From: an uncultured Pelagibacteraceae bacterium
GTDB lineage: Bacteria; Pseudomonadota; Alphaproteobacteria; Pelagibacterales; Pelagibacteraceae
NCBI GenBank assembly: GCA_902515095.1
Contig: CABXTC010000001.1
Location: 11,196-75,195, forward strand
DNA length: 64,000 bases
Direction: 5' to 3'
Of this stretch, positions 31,569 to 41,209 are shown piece by piece. The notes under the pieces are model-generated. The model ran no database searches and was not told the origin of the DNA. It saw nothing but the letters and a program-made list of their open reading frames with translations. Positions within the stretch are counted from its first letter, which is position 1, and every line of letters begins with the position of its first letter. Made by a program: the position numbers and the translations under genes.

Positions 31569-32303
31569 ATGTCAGACAATATAATTCAAATTAATAATAT
31601 GAATAAATGGTTTGGAGATTTTCAAGTTTTAAAAGGAATAAATTTAGAAGTAAAACCAAAACAAAAAATTGTTGTTTGTGGTCCTTCAGGCTCTGGTAAA
31701 TCAACATTAATAAGATGTATAAATAGATTAGAGGAACATCAAGAAGGTGACATAATAGTTGATGGGACAACATTAACCGAAGACACTAAAAATATAGAGC
31801 AAATTAGAGCAGAAGTTGGAATGGTATTTCAACAATTTAATTTATTTCCTCATTTATCAATTGTAGATAATTGTACACTGGCTCCTATTTGGGTAAAAAA
31901 GATGCCAAAAAAAGAAGCTGAAGAATTAGCACTAAAGCACTTGGAAAGAGTTCAAATATTAGATCAAGCATATAAATATCCTGGTCAATTATCTGGTGGT
32001 CAGCAACAACGAGTTGCTATAGCTAGAGCTTTATGTATGGAGCCTAAAATAATGCTTTTTGATGAGCCAACGTCTGCTTTAGATCCTGAAATGATTAAAG
32101 AAGTGCTTGATGTAATGGTAAATCTTGCAAAACAAGGGATGACCATGATTGTTGTAACTCATGAAATGGGTTTTGCAAAAGAGGTGGCAGATCAAATGAT
32201 ATTCATGGATGAAGGAATGATAGTTGAAAAAGCAGATACCAAAGAATTTTTTGACAACCCAAAGAGTGATAGAACCAAACTTTTTTTAAGCCAGATACTA
32301 TAG
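31569..32303 (+). CDS. aapP: Amino acid ABC transporter ATP-binding protein AapP
   Basis: [36 protein letters not shown]. Confidence 0.97.
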   Translation: MSDNIIQINNMNKWFGDFQVLKGINLEVKPKQKIVVCGPSGSGKSTLIRCINRLEEHQEGDIIVDGTTLTEDTKNIEQIRAEVGMVFQQFNLFPHLSIVDNCTLAPIWVKKMPKKEAEELALKHLERVQILDQAYKYPGQLSGGQQQRVAIARALCMEPKIMLFDEPTSALDPEMIKEVLDVMVNLAKQGMTMIVVTHEMGFAKEVADQMIFMDEGMIVEKADTKEFFDNPKSDRTKLFLSQIL

Positions 32304-32466
32304 ATAACAGTAAATTCAAGGAATATTTATTAAATTATGCTTCAAGTATTACTTGACATATTTTCAGTATAACTGATTTTTTGCTAAAAAATAAAAAATT
32401 AATTTGTTGCAGTAAAGATTAAAAATTTGTTAAATCGATTTTTAAATATAATTAAGAGGGGTCTTA

Positions 32467-32838
32467 ATGGAAGATAATTTTAATAAGCATTTAGGCAATA
32501 AGCTTAAGCTTAGAAGGCTAGCTTTAGGTTTAACACAAACAAAAGTAGCAAAGGCAATTAACGTTACATTTCAACAAATACAAAAATACGAAAAAGGTAC
32601 TAATGGTGTAAGCTCAATAAGACTATTACAACTTTCGAACTACTTGAAGGTACCTATTAATTATTTTTTTGAAGATTTTTCAGAATACTTAGTAAATTTA
32701 GAAAAATCTCAAGAAGGTCACATGAATGTTAATTATAATTTTTTAGTAAAGCTATACTCTGAACTAAATAATGATCAAAAATTAAAATTTACAAAATCTT
32801 TACAAGTTACAGATAATAAAATTTCAAGAGTTGGATAA
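32467..32838 (+). CDS. XRE-family HTH transcriptional regulator (PraR/PhrR-like)
   Basis: RRLALGLTQ...VTFQQIQKYEKGTN...VPINYFF, typical of alphaproteobacterial XRE regulators. Confidence 0.85.
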   Translation: MEDNFNKHLGNKLKLRRLALGLTQTKVAKAINVTFQQIQKYEKGTNGVSSIRLLQLSNYLKVPINYFFEDFSEYLVNLEKSQEGHMNVNYNFLVKLYSELNNDQKLKFTKSLQVTDNKISRVG

Positions 32839-32841
32839 ATC

Positions 32842-32917
32842 TGGCTCCTCGGGCAGGACTCGAACCTGCGACCAATTGATTAACAGTCAACTGCTCTACC
32901 AACTGAGCTACCGAGGA
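32842..32917 (-). tRNA. tRNA-Asn (GTT)
   Basis: Reverse complement: TCCTCGG...GTTGA-CTGTTAA-TCAAT...GGTTCGAGTCC...CCGAGGA-G-CCA. Confidence 0.97.
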
Positions 32918-32967
32918 ATATAAAAATCTCAACTTACTTTCTTTTTAAACTAAAACAAGATTTTTTT

Positions 32968-33041
32968 TGGAGGCAACGCCCGGAATCGAACCGGGATACA
33001 AGGATTTGCAATCCTCTGCGTAACCATTCCGCCACGTTGCC
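32968..33041 (-). tRNA. tRNA-Cys (GCA)
   Basis: Reverse complement: GGCAACG...GAGGA-TTGCAAA-TCCTT...GGTTCGATTCC...CGTTGCC-T-CCA. Confidence 0.97.
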
Positions 33042-33159
33042 AGTTTTAGTAGATAGCTACAAAGAGTTTTATATTAAATATTTGCGATTAGTCTATTAAA
33101 TAACGTTCTAATTTGATTATTGTTAATTTAGATTAATAAATTATAAACTATCTATACCC

Positions 33160-35787
33160 ATGAGTAGTGATAAATATATACATTCTGAAGTAGAAGATAA
33201 TATTTATACATATTGGGAAAAAAACGAATTATTCAAACCAAAGAAAAATAAAAAAAAATATTCAATAGTAATCCCACCACCTAATGTTACTGGTAGTCTA
33301 CATATGGGTCACGCTTTAAATAATTCAATTCAAGATCTTTTAGTTCGCTATTATCGAATGAATAATTACGAAACTTTATGGCAACCTGGTACAGATCATG
33401 CAGGTATTGCTACCCAAGCTCTTGTTGAAAAAAAACTTGAAAAAGAGAATTTAAATAAAAATGATTTAGGTAGAGAAAAGTTTATAGAAAAGGTGTGGGA
33501 ATGGAAAAATCAATATGGGGACATTATTATTAATCAGCTTAAAAAACTTGGGTGTTCTTGTGATTGGTCTAGAAATGCTTTTACGATGGATGAAAATTTA
33601 TCAGAATCCGTAATTAAAGTTTTCGTTGAACTACATAAAAAAAAATTAATTTATAAAGCAGAAAAACTGGTCAATTGGGACACAGTTTTAAAAACGGCAA
33701 TATCAGATTTAGAGGTAGATCAAAGAGAGATGAACTCGAAGATTTACTACATTAGATACCCAATAGACAATTCTAATGATTTTATAACTATTGCAACAAC
33801 TAGGCCAGAGACAATGCTTGGTGATACAGCTATTGCTGTTAATCCAAAAGATAAACGGTTTAAAAAATATGTGGGCAAAACTGTCACTATCCCAATTGTA
33901 GGCAGAAAAATAAAGATTATAAAAGATAATTATGCTGACCCTGAACAGGGAACTGGTGCATTAAAGATTACTCCAGCACATGACTTTAATGATTATGATG
34001 TTGGACAAAGAAATAAGCTAGATATTATTAATGTGTTCACTGAGGATGGAAAAATTAATAATAATGCACCTAGTGATTATGTTGGATTAGATAGATTTGA
34101 AGCACGTAAAAAAATTTTAAACGAGTTAAAAGAAAAAGATTTTTTTGTAAAAGAAGAAAATATTAAAAATAAAGTGCCATATGGGGATAGATCAAATTCA
34201 GTTATTGAACCTTTTTTAACAGAGCAATGGTTTGTAAACGCAAAAAAATTATCTGTTAAAGCTAAGCAAATAGTTAAAACAAAAAAAACAAATTTTTTTC
34301 CAGAAAATTGGTCTAAAACTTATTTCCAATGGATGAATAATATTGAGCCTTGGTGTATTTCTAGACAACTTTGGTGGGGTCATCAAATACCAGCTTGGTA
34401 TGGACCAGATAAAAAAATATTTGTTGCATCAAATGAGACTGATGCAAAAAAACAAGCTAAAAAGTTTTATAAAAAAGATGTTAAAATTACTAGGGATCCT
34501 GATGTTTTAGATACTTGGTTTTCATCTGGTTTATGGCCTTTTGCAACATTAGGTTGGCCGAATAAAAAAGATTTTGTTAAGAAGTTTTATCCAACAACTG
34601 TTTTAGTAACTGGTTTTGATATTATTTTCTTTTGGGTTGCTAGAATGATGATGTTTGGAATGGAATTTTTAAACAAAGAACCATTTAAAGATATTTATGT
34701 CCATGCTTTAGTTAGAGACGAAAAAGGTCAAAAAATGTCTAAGTCAAAAGGTAATGTAATTGACCCATTAGATTTAATTGAAAAATATAGTGCAGATGCT
34801 TTAAGATTTACTCTTCTTTCAATGGCATCACCAGGAACGGATGTTAAGCTTTCAGAAGATAGAGTTAAGGGGTATAGGAACTTTTTAAATAAATTATGGA
34901 ATGCTAATAATTTTTTAATTACCAATAAATGTGATTTTAATAAAACTGATAAAGTTCCTAAAACTACACTAAATATTAATAAATGGATTTATTCAGAACT
35001 AATTCAGACCAAAGATAAAATTGAGAAAAATCTTAAAGATTATCGATTTGATGAAGCAGCTAAAAATGCCTACCAGTTTGCTTGGCATTCTTATTGTGAC
35101 TGGTACATTGAGCTTTCAAAAACTATTCTGTTTTCAGATGATGAAAAATCTAAAAAAGAAGTAAAAGAAGTATCAGCTTATATATTTAAACAAATACTTG
35201 TTATTCTTCATCCATTTATTCCATTTGTTACTGAGAAAATCTGGTTAAAAAATAAATTTGATAAATCAGATAAGAATTTCTTAATGTACGCTAATTGGCC
35301 ATCAGGCAATGCTAAGAAAGATCAATCTATGAAAGATGTAGAGAGTATCATCAATGTTATTTCTGAACTTAGATCCTTTAAAAATGAGCTAAATGTTAGC
35401 CCAGGTTCATTTATTGATATTTCAATTAACAAAATTGCTAAAAAAAACAAAACATTAATGACCAATAATGAAATTATTCTCAAAAAGCTTGGTCGTATCA
35501 ATAATTTCTTTGATAAAGACCAAGAAAAACCGTCAGCAACATTGGTTATATCTGGTGACATATTTAAGATTTATTTTGATGAGAATGTTGATTTAAATCT
35601 GATAAAAGAAAACTTAGTTAAAAGACAGAACAAATATCAAGAGGAAATGGACAAAATATCTCAACGATTATCTAACAAAGGATTTACCAATAGAGCTCCA
35701 AAAAATATTGTTGAACAAGAAAAAACTAACTATAGTAATTTAAAAAATGATATCAAAAAAATATCATTAACAATTGAAAGTTTATAA
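33160..35787 (+). CDS. valS: Valine--tRNA ligase
   Basis: [30 protein letters not shown]-terminal coiled coil. Confidence 0.99.
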   Translation: MSSDKYIHSEVEDNIYTYWEKNELFKPKKNKKKYSIVIPPPNVTGSLHMGHALNNSIQDLLVRYYRMNNYETLWQPGTDHAGIATQALVEKKLEKENLNKNDLGREKFIEKVWEWKNQYGDIIINQLKKLGCSCDWSRNAFTMDENLSESVIKVFVELHKKKLIYKAEKLVNWDTVLKTAISDLEVDQREMNSKIYYIRYPIDNSNDFITIATTRPETMLGDTAIAVNPKDKRFKKYVGKTVTIPIVGRKIKIIKDNYADPEQGTGALKITPAHDFNDYDVGQRNKLDIINVFTEDGKINNNAPSDYVGLDRFEARKKILNELKEKDFFVKEENIKNKVPYGDRSNSVIEPFLTEQWFVNAKKLSVKAKQIVKTKKTNFFPENWSKTYFQWMNNIEPWCISRQLWWGHQIPAWYGPDKKIFVASNETDAKKQAKKFYKKDVKITRDPDVLDTWFSSGLWPFATLGWPNKKDFVKKFYPTTVLVTGFDIIFFWVARMMMFGMEFLNKEPFKDIYVHALVRDEKGQKMSKSKGNVIDPLDLIEKYSADALRFTLLSMASPGTDVKLSEDRVKGYRNFLNKLWNANNFLITNKCDFNKTDKVPKTTLNINKWIYSELIQTKDKIEKNLKDYRFDEAAKNAYQFAWHSYCDWYIELSKTILFSDDEKSKKEVKEVSAYIFKQILVILHPFIPFVTEKIWLKNKFDKSDKNFLMYANWPSGNAKKDQSMKDVESIINVISELRSFKNELNVSPGSFIDISINKIAKKNKTLMTNNEIILKKLGRINNFFDKDQEKPSATLVISGDIFKIYFDENVDLNLIKENLVKRQNKYQEEMDKISQRLSNKGFTNRAPKNIVEQEKTNYSNLKNDIKKISLTIESL

Positions 35788-37505
35788 TGCGGAAGTTTAA
35801 TAAAAAGAAATTACCTAGTAGACATACATCATTAGGTGCTGATAGAGCGCCACATAGATCATTTTATTATGCAATGGGTGAAACTGAGAAAGATGTTTCA
35901 AAACCCTTTGTAGGCGTTGTATCTACGTGGAATGAAGCTGCTCCGTGTAATATTGCTCTTATGAGACAAGCACAATCGGTTAAGAAGGGTGTTAGAGCTT
36001 TTGGTGGAACACCAAGAGAATTTTGTACAATTACTGTTACTGATGGTATTGCAATGGGTCATGAAGGAATGAAATCTTCATTAATCTCTAGAGAAGTGAT
36101 AGCAGATAGTGCAGAACTTACTGTTAGAGGTCATTGTTATGATGCATTAGTAGGTATTGCAGGTTGTGATAAATCTTTACCAGGTTTGATGATGTCGATG
36201 GTTCGATTAAATGTTCCAAGTGTTTTTATTTATGGAGGATCAATACTACCAGGAAGATATAAAGGTAAAGATGTAACTGTTGTAGATGTTTTTGAAGCAG
36301 TTGGAAAACATTCATCAGGGCAAATGTCAGCAAAAGAATTAAGAAAATTAGAATTAGTTGCATGTCCAAGTGCAGGTGCATGTGGTGGACAATTTACTGC
36401 AAATACAATGGCCTGTGTATCAGAAGCTATTGGTTTAGCTTTACCTTATTCAGCAGGAACACCAGCTCCATATGAAGAAAGAGATAAGTATGCAAAATTA
36501 AGCGGTAAAATGGTAATGGAACTATTAGCTAAAAAAATTAAACCAAGAGATATTGTTACAAGAAAAGCATTAGAAAACGCTGCAACAATTGTTGCTGCAA
36601 CTGGTGGCTCAACAAATGCAGGATTACATTTACCTGCAATAGCTAACGAAGCAGGAATTAAATTTGATTTAATGGATGTTGCAAAAATATTTAAAAGAAC
36701 ACCTTATCTTGCAGATTTAAAACCAGGTGGAAAATATGTTGCAAAAGATATGTGGTTAGCTGGCGGTGTTCCAATGTTATTAAAAACTCTTTATGAAGGT
36801 GGTTTTATTCATGGTGACTGTATGACAGTTACAGGTAAAACTATGAAAGAAAATCTAAAGAAAATTAGATTTAATTCAAAACAAAAAGTAATGAGATCTT
36901 ATAAAAATCCTTTATCACCAACGGGTGGTGTGGTTGGATTAAAAGGAAATTTAGCTCCAGATGGTGGAATTGTAAAAATTGCAGGACTTAAAAAATTACA
37001 GTTTACTGGAAGAGCAAGATGTTTTGATAATGAAGAAAGTGCAATGAAAGCAGTTCAAAGTAAAAAATATAAAGATGGTGATGTAATTATTATTAGATAC
37101 GAAGGACCAGTAGGTGGACCAGGAATGAGAGAAATGCTCTCAACAACAGGCGCTATTTATGGACAAGGTAAAGGAGAGAAGGTTGCTTTAATAACTGATG
37201 GAAGATTTTCAGGAGCAACTAGAGGATTTTGTGTAGGCCATGTTGGACCTGAGGCAGCTTTAGGTGGACCTATCGCTTTATTACGTAATGGAGATATGAT
37301 TGATATCGATGCTAAGAAAGGAACTATTAATGTTCGATTAACTAGAGCTCAATTAGCTTCAAGAAAAAGAAAATGGAAGGCTAGAAAATCTGATTTTGGA
37401 TCAGGCACACTTTGGAAATATGCTCAAACAGTTGGACCTGCTTATTTAGGAGCACCAACCCATCCTGGTAAGAAAAAAGAAGTTAAGGATTATTCAAAAA
37501 TTTGA
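35787..37505 (+). CDS. ilvD: Dihydroxy-acid dehydratase (IlvD/Edd family)
   Basis: [42 protein letters not shown]. Confidence 0.93.
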   Translation: MRKFNKKKLPSRHTSLGADRAPHRSFYYAMGETEKDVSKPFVGVVSTWNEAAPCNIALMRQAQSVKKGVRAFGGTPREFCTITVTDGIAMGHEGMKSSLISREVIADSAELTVRGHCYDALVGIAGCDKSLPGLMMSMVRLNVPSVFIYGGSILPGRYKGKDVTVVDVFEAVGKHSSGQMSAKELRKLELVACPSAGACGGQFTANTMACVSEAIGLALPYSAGTPAPYEERDKYAKLSGKMVMELLAKKIKPRDIVTRKALENAATIVAATGGSTNAGLHLPAIANEAGIKFDLMDVAKIFKRTPYLADLKPGGKYVAKDMWLAGGVPMLLKTLYEGGFIHGDCMTVTGKTMKENLKKIRFNSKQKVMRSYKNPLSPTGGVVGLKGNLAPDGGIVKIAGLKKLQFTGRARCFDNEESAMKAVQSKKYKDGDVIIIRYEGPVGGPGMREMLSTTGAIYGQGKGEKVALITDGRFSGATRGFCVGHVGPEAALGGPIALLRNGDMIDIDAKKGTINVRLTRAQLASRKRKWKARKSDFGSGTLWKYAQTVGPAYLGAPTHPGKKKEVKDYSKI

Positions 37506-38695
37506 TGAAAATTCGCCCAGTTATTTTATGTGGTGGAGCAGGAACGAGACTTTGGCCAAATGCCAAAAAACATCAAGCTAAACAGTTTATAGATTTTGGT
37601 AGTTGGACTTTATTAGGTAAAACACTAGAGAGAGTTAAAGCGTCTATATTTGATGCACCAATTATAAGTACTAATGCAAAATATTTAAGACAAGTTAAAC
37701 AACACCTAAAGAAACACAAAATAAGAAAATTTAAGATAGTTTTAGAGCCAGCTAAAAGAAATACAGCACCAGCTATATTAAGTACCGCTCTAATCAAAGA
37801 TATTCCAAACGAACAACCTTTAATGTTTTTAGCAGCTGATCAATTGATAGAGAAGGTTGGTTTATTCAATAAAGCTATCAAAAAAAATCAAAAGAAACTT
37901 ACTCAAAATAATATCTTTATATTTGGGATTAAACCCACAATGCCTTCTAATGAATTTGGTTATTTTTTAACAAAAAATAACAAAGTATCTAGATTTGTAG
38001 AAAAGCCTAAAGAAGCTAAAGCTAAACAAATAATTAGTAAAAAAGGTTATTGGAATTCTGGAATGTTTTATTTGAGAAAAGATTCAATAATTAATAATTT
38101 CAAGAAATATCAGCCAAATATTTACCGAAACTGTAACAAAGCTGTAACAAAAGCAAAATATAAAAGTAATGTGTATTATTTAAACAAACAAGCATTTACT
38201 AAAGCAACAGCTAAGTCTTTTGACTATGCGATATTAGAAAAAACGAAAGATATAAACGCTATTAAATTAGATATTCCTTGGTCTGATTTAGGATCATGGA
38301 AAGAAATCTGTAAGATGTACGGACGAAATAAGAGACATTATTTTAAAAAGAAGAATGTATTTCATAGACCTTGGGGTAGTTATGTTAATCTATTTAATGG
38401 TAAAGAATTTTTAATTAAAGAATTATATGTAAAACCAAAAGGTATATTAAGTCTTCAAAAACATCATCATAGAGCAGAACATTGGGTAGTTACTCATGGT
38501 AAACCTAAAATTACTTTAAATAAGAAATATTTTACAATGAAACCTGATGAAACTATTTTTATTCCATTAGGTGCAATCCATAGAATAGAAAATCCATATA
38601 AAAAACCAGTAAAAATTATTGAGGCTCAAGTAGGATCGATTTTAAAAGAAACAGATATTGTTCGATATCAGGATGTTTATGGCCGCGTTAAATAA
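37505..38695 (+). CDS. manC: Mannose-1-phosphate guanylyltransferase / mannose-6-phosphate isomerase (shortened)
   Basis: ILCGGAGTRLWP, FVEKP, WNSGMF, SFDYAILEK, WSDLGSW, RPWG, LSLQKHHHRAEHW cupin. ATG at 37505 overlaps the ilvD TGA. Confidence 0.9.
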   Translation: MKIRPVILCGGAGTRLWPNAKKHQAKQFIDFGSWTLLGKTLERVKASIFDAPIISTNAKYLRQVKQHLKKHKIRKFKIVLEPAKRNTAPAILSTALIKDIPNEQPLMFLAADQLIEKVGLFNKAIKKNQKKLTQNNIFIFGIKPTMPSNEFGYFLTKNNKVSRFVEKPKEAKAKQIISKKGYWNSGMFYLRKDSIINNFKKYQPNIYRNCNKAVTKAKYKSNVYYLNKQAFTKATAKSFDYAILEKTKDINAIKLDIPWSDLGSWKEICKMYGRNKRHYFKKKNVFHRPWGSYVNLFNGKEFLIKELYVKPKGILSLQKHHHRAEHWVVTHGKPKITLNKKYFTMKPDETIFIPLGAIHRIENPYKKPVKIIEAQVGSILKETDIVRYQDVYGRVK

Positions 38696-38719
38696 TTAAC
38701 ACGACCACAAAATATATAT

Positions 38720-39685
38720 TTAAAACCAATTATTTGGAATAATTATGTAGTGGATTGCTAAAACAATTCCAACTGAAACACTTAGTCCAAAGATCATTTT
38801 AAGAAAGTCTTTACCAATTAATGGGAAAACATATTTAAATTTATAATCTTTGTTCATAGTTGAAATTGCAAGTTCTCTTCCGCATAACAAACCAACGAAT
38901 ACCCATGTTGTTGACATTGGTAAATCATTTAGTTCCTTAAAGTAGAATAAAACAGCAGCATAAATTACATTGATAATTGTAGCTGATCTTGCATATCTAG
39001 TTCCAGTTTTTTCTAAAACTACTGCTTGGATCCGTCCACCTTGAATGTAGAAAATGTAAAATAGCAAAATAGTAAAATATGCCATTACAATCAGCAGTAT
39101 TGTAATATCAAGTTGTCTTGGAAGATATACTGCAATATTTGCTACATCGTGAGATAACCAAACCCACCATAACCAACCTGATGAAACCCAAACAGCATTT
39201 CTCCAAAATCCTATCCATTTGTCATCTACTTCATCAAATTTTTCATTAATGAATTTTGATACAGCTATCCAGGCTATGTAAGCAACCATTGCCGCTAAAC
39301 CATAACCAACTACACTTTTCATTAACATTTTTTCAAGCACAACTGTCGAAGCAAACGCTGAAAGAACTAAAAAGGTTGTTGATACAGGAATACCAATTCT
39401 TGTTAATAATAAGAGTATTGCAGGCGCTACTGCATGATACCATTGAATTTCTTGATAAGGTATTCTAGTTAATCTTCCATATGAAATATCACCATCATAC
39501 GCATACCATCCCCATGCTAAAGCTAAAATCATTACACTAGAAGCTGATCCTGCAAGTACGTACCATTTAAACCACTTCTTTTTTGAAGCTATAAATGTAC
39601 CTAGTGTTTGAATTGAGTCGTTAGCGATTACGCTATAACCGGCAAGGGCAAACCCTATAACCGTGTAAATTAAAGTCATTTCCAT
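38720..39685 (-). CDS. Divergent PiT (PHO4)-fold anion transporter-like membrane protein
   Basis: Two PiT-like repeats, ANDSIQTLGT...GIPVSTT and SHDVANIA...LPMSTT; many TM segments; strong AAGGAG SD. Confidence 0.7.
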   Translation of the reverse strand: MEMTLIYTVIGFALAGYSVIANDSIQTLGTFIASKKKWFKWYVLAGSASSVMILALAWGWYAYDGDISYGRLTRIPYQEIQWYHAVAPAILLLLTRIGIPVSTTFLVLSAFASTVVLEKMLMKSVVGYGLAAMVAYIAWIAVSKFINEKFDEVDDKWIGFWRNAVWVSSGWLWWVWLSHDVANIAVYLPRQLDITILLIVMAYFTILLFYIFYIQGGRIQAVVLEKTGTRYARSATIINVIYAAVLFYFKELNDLPMSTTWVFVGLLCGRELAISTMNKDYKFKYVFPLIGKDFLKMIFGLSVSVGIVLAIHYIIIPNNWF

Positions 39686-39877
39686 TCTTTTTCTCCTTTA
39701 TATTATTGTTTTCGGTTCCTATCGATTCATGACTTAAGGAGTATGTAATCTGAGACGGAAAATAATTCTAGATATAAATTTATTAATTTGAGAAATAGAG
39801 GGGGATTCATCGACTACTAAACTATTTAATATTGATGTCTACTTTTTAATATTTTTTATTTCGCAATAAAGTTGTAT

Positions 39878-40522
39878 TTATTTAACCAATTTCTTAATTA
39901 AATATACAGCCATCAAAGCTCCCAAAAATTCAGCCAAAATATATGTAGGCGTATTTAAATAATTAATTCCTGTAAAAGAATCAGTAAAAGTTCTAGCTAT
40001 AGCAACAGCTGGATTTGCAAAAGATGTCGATGATGTGAACCAATAACCAGCCATGATATATGTTGCAACACTTGCAGCTATTGTTATTTTGCCATCTTTT
40101 AGAGTAGCAAAAATAATAAAAATTAATCCAAAAGTAGCAATTATTTCAGATAAGAAAATATGAAAACCATCTCTATTTTTTGTTGATAACTCAAGAATAT
40201 TGTGTTCAAAAAAAACATTAGCTAACATTACGCCTAATAAGCATCCCAATATTTGAGCTGGAATATATGTAATTAAAAGTTTTCCTTTAATTTTTTTAGT
40301 TAAATACATGGCTAAGCTTACAAAAGGATTAAAGTGAGCACCTGAAATGTCAGCAAATGCAGTTATTAAGACAAATAATCCTGCTCCAGTTGCAAGTGTG
40401 TTAGCAGTGAGTCTTAAAGCATTATCATCTGTTAGATTTTCAGCCATTATTCCAGAGCCAACAATAATCATTACTAAAAAACAACTACCTATAAATTCAC
40501 CAATGAAAATTTTATTTTTCAT
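39878..40522 (-). CDS. MIP/aquaporin channel, AqpS (arsenite channel)-like
   Basis: GEFIGS, SGAHFNPF, YWFTSSTSFANPAVAIAR; six TMs. Confidence 0.85.
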   Translation of the reverse strand: MKNKIFIGEFIGSCFLVMIIVGSGIMAENLTDDNALRLTANTLATGAGLFVLITAFADISGAHFNPFVSLAMYLTKKIKGKLLITYIPAQILGCLLGVMLANVFFEHNILELSTKNRDGFHIFLSEIIATFGLIFIIFATLKDGKITIAASVATYIMAGYWFTSSTSFANPAVAIARTFTDSFTGINYLNTPTYILAEFLGALMAVYLIKKLVK

Positions 40523-40535
40523 AATCTAAGAATAA

Positions 40536-40757
40536 TTAAATTATAATCTTATAAATGCCAATTAAGAATAATGGTATTTGTAGTCCAAAATTAGTTAGTA
40601 TTGCTTTATCTTTTGAGACAAAACCTGCAATAGTCCATCCTACAACCCCAAGTCCATGGAAGTAGATATTAATAGGGTAGATATTCAAATTAGTTAATAA
40701 TATTCCAGTCAATACTAAAGCAGTACTGATCCATTTAAGATATTTCTTAATAAACAT
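40536..40757 (-). CDS. Small (73 aa) three-TM membrane protein of unknown function (possibly DUF6552-like)
   Basis: AAGGAG SD upstream; hydrophobic, with LKW...NIYP...GW...KDKAIL..N pattern. Family assignment is from memory only. Confidence 0.65.
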   Translation of the reverse strand: MFIKKYLKWISTALVLTGILLTNLNIYPINIYFHGLGVVGWTIAGFVSKDKAILTNFGLQIPLFLIGIYKIII

Positions 40758-40801
40758 TAATTCTCCTTTCGTTGTATTTTATTTTGATTTTAGATAATAA
40801 T

Positions 40802-41209
40802 TTATCTACATTTTTTGCATAATCCAAAAAACTCAAGATTATATTTACTATATTTCATGCCATCTTTGTCTTTGAAACTAGTTAAGTATTTAGAAAGACC
40901 TGCGCTACTAATCTCTGTTACTTTTTCACAAATTTCACAGATTGAAAACGCAGTAGCTTTAGCTACCTGACAACTTGAATTATGACAGGCAATAAAGGCA
41001 TTTCGACTTTCAATTTTGTGAATTTTTCCCATTTCAACTAATTTATCTAACGCTCGATAAACCTGTGGTGGGGCTTTGATACCTCTTTTTTGAACATTAA
41101 AAAGTATTGTGTATGCTTTTAATGGTTCAGGTGATTTATCAATTAAATCAAAAATAATTTGCTGATTTTTAGAAAGGCTGTGCATTTTATCTATCTTACT
41201 GATTCCCAT
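40802..41209 (-). CDS. zur: Zinc uptake regulator (Fur family)
   Basis: KAYTIL, PPQVYRAL, HKIES, CEIC and CKKC; follows znuB. Confidence 0.9.
   Translation of the reverse strand: MGISKIDKMHSLSKNQQIIFDLIDKSPEPLKAYTILFNVQKRGIKAPPQVYRALDKLVEMGKIHKIESRNAFIACHNSSCQVAKATAFSICEICEKVTEISSAGLSKYLTSFKDKDGMKYSKYNLEFFGLCKKCR

Noticed and set aside
27604-33041. aapJQMP and the XRE gene bracketed by tRNAs, suggesting a genomic island
   Set aside because: No integrase, no duplicated tRNA 3' end, and host-like composition.
39736-39748. Plus-strand AAGGAG-T-ATG-TAA start-stop mini-ORF
   Set aside because: SD-to-ATG spacing of 1 nt is too short; better explained as the reverse complement of the anti-SD hairpin.
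39797-39803. 7-nt complementarity between the intergenic CCCCUCU motif and the XRE gene SD (AGAGGGG, 32455-32461)
   Set aside because: Too short to support a specific sRNA-target pair without expression data.
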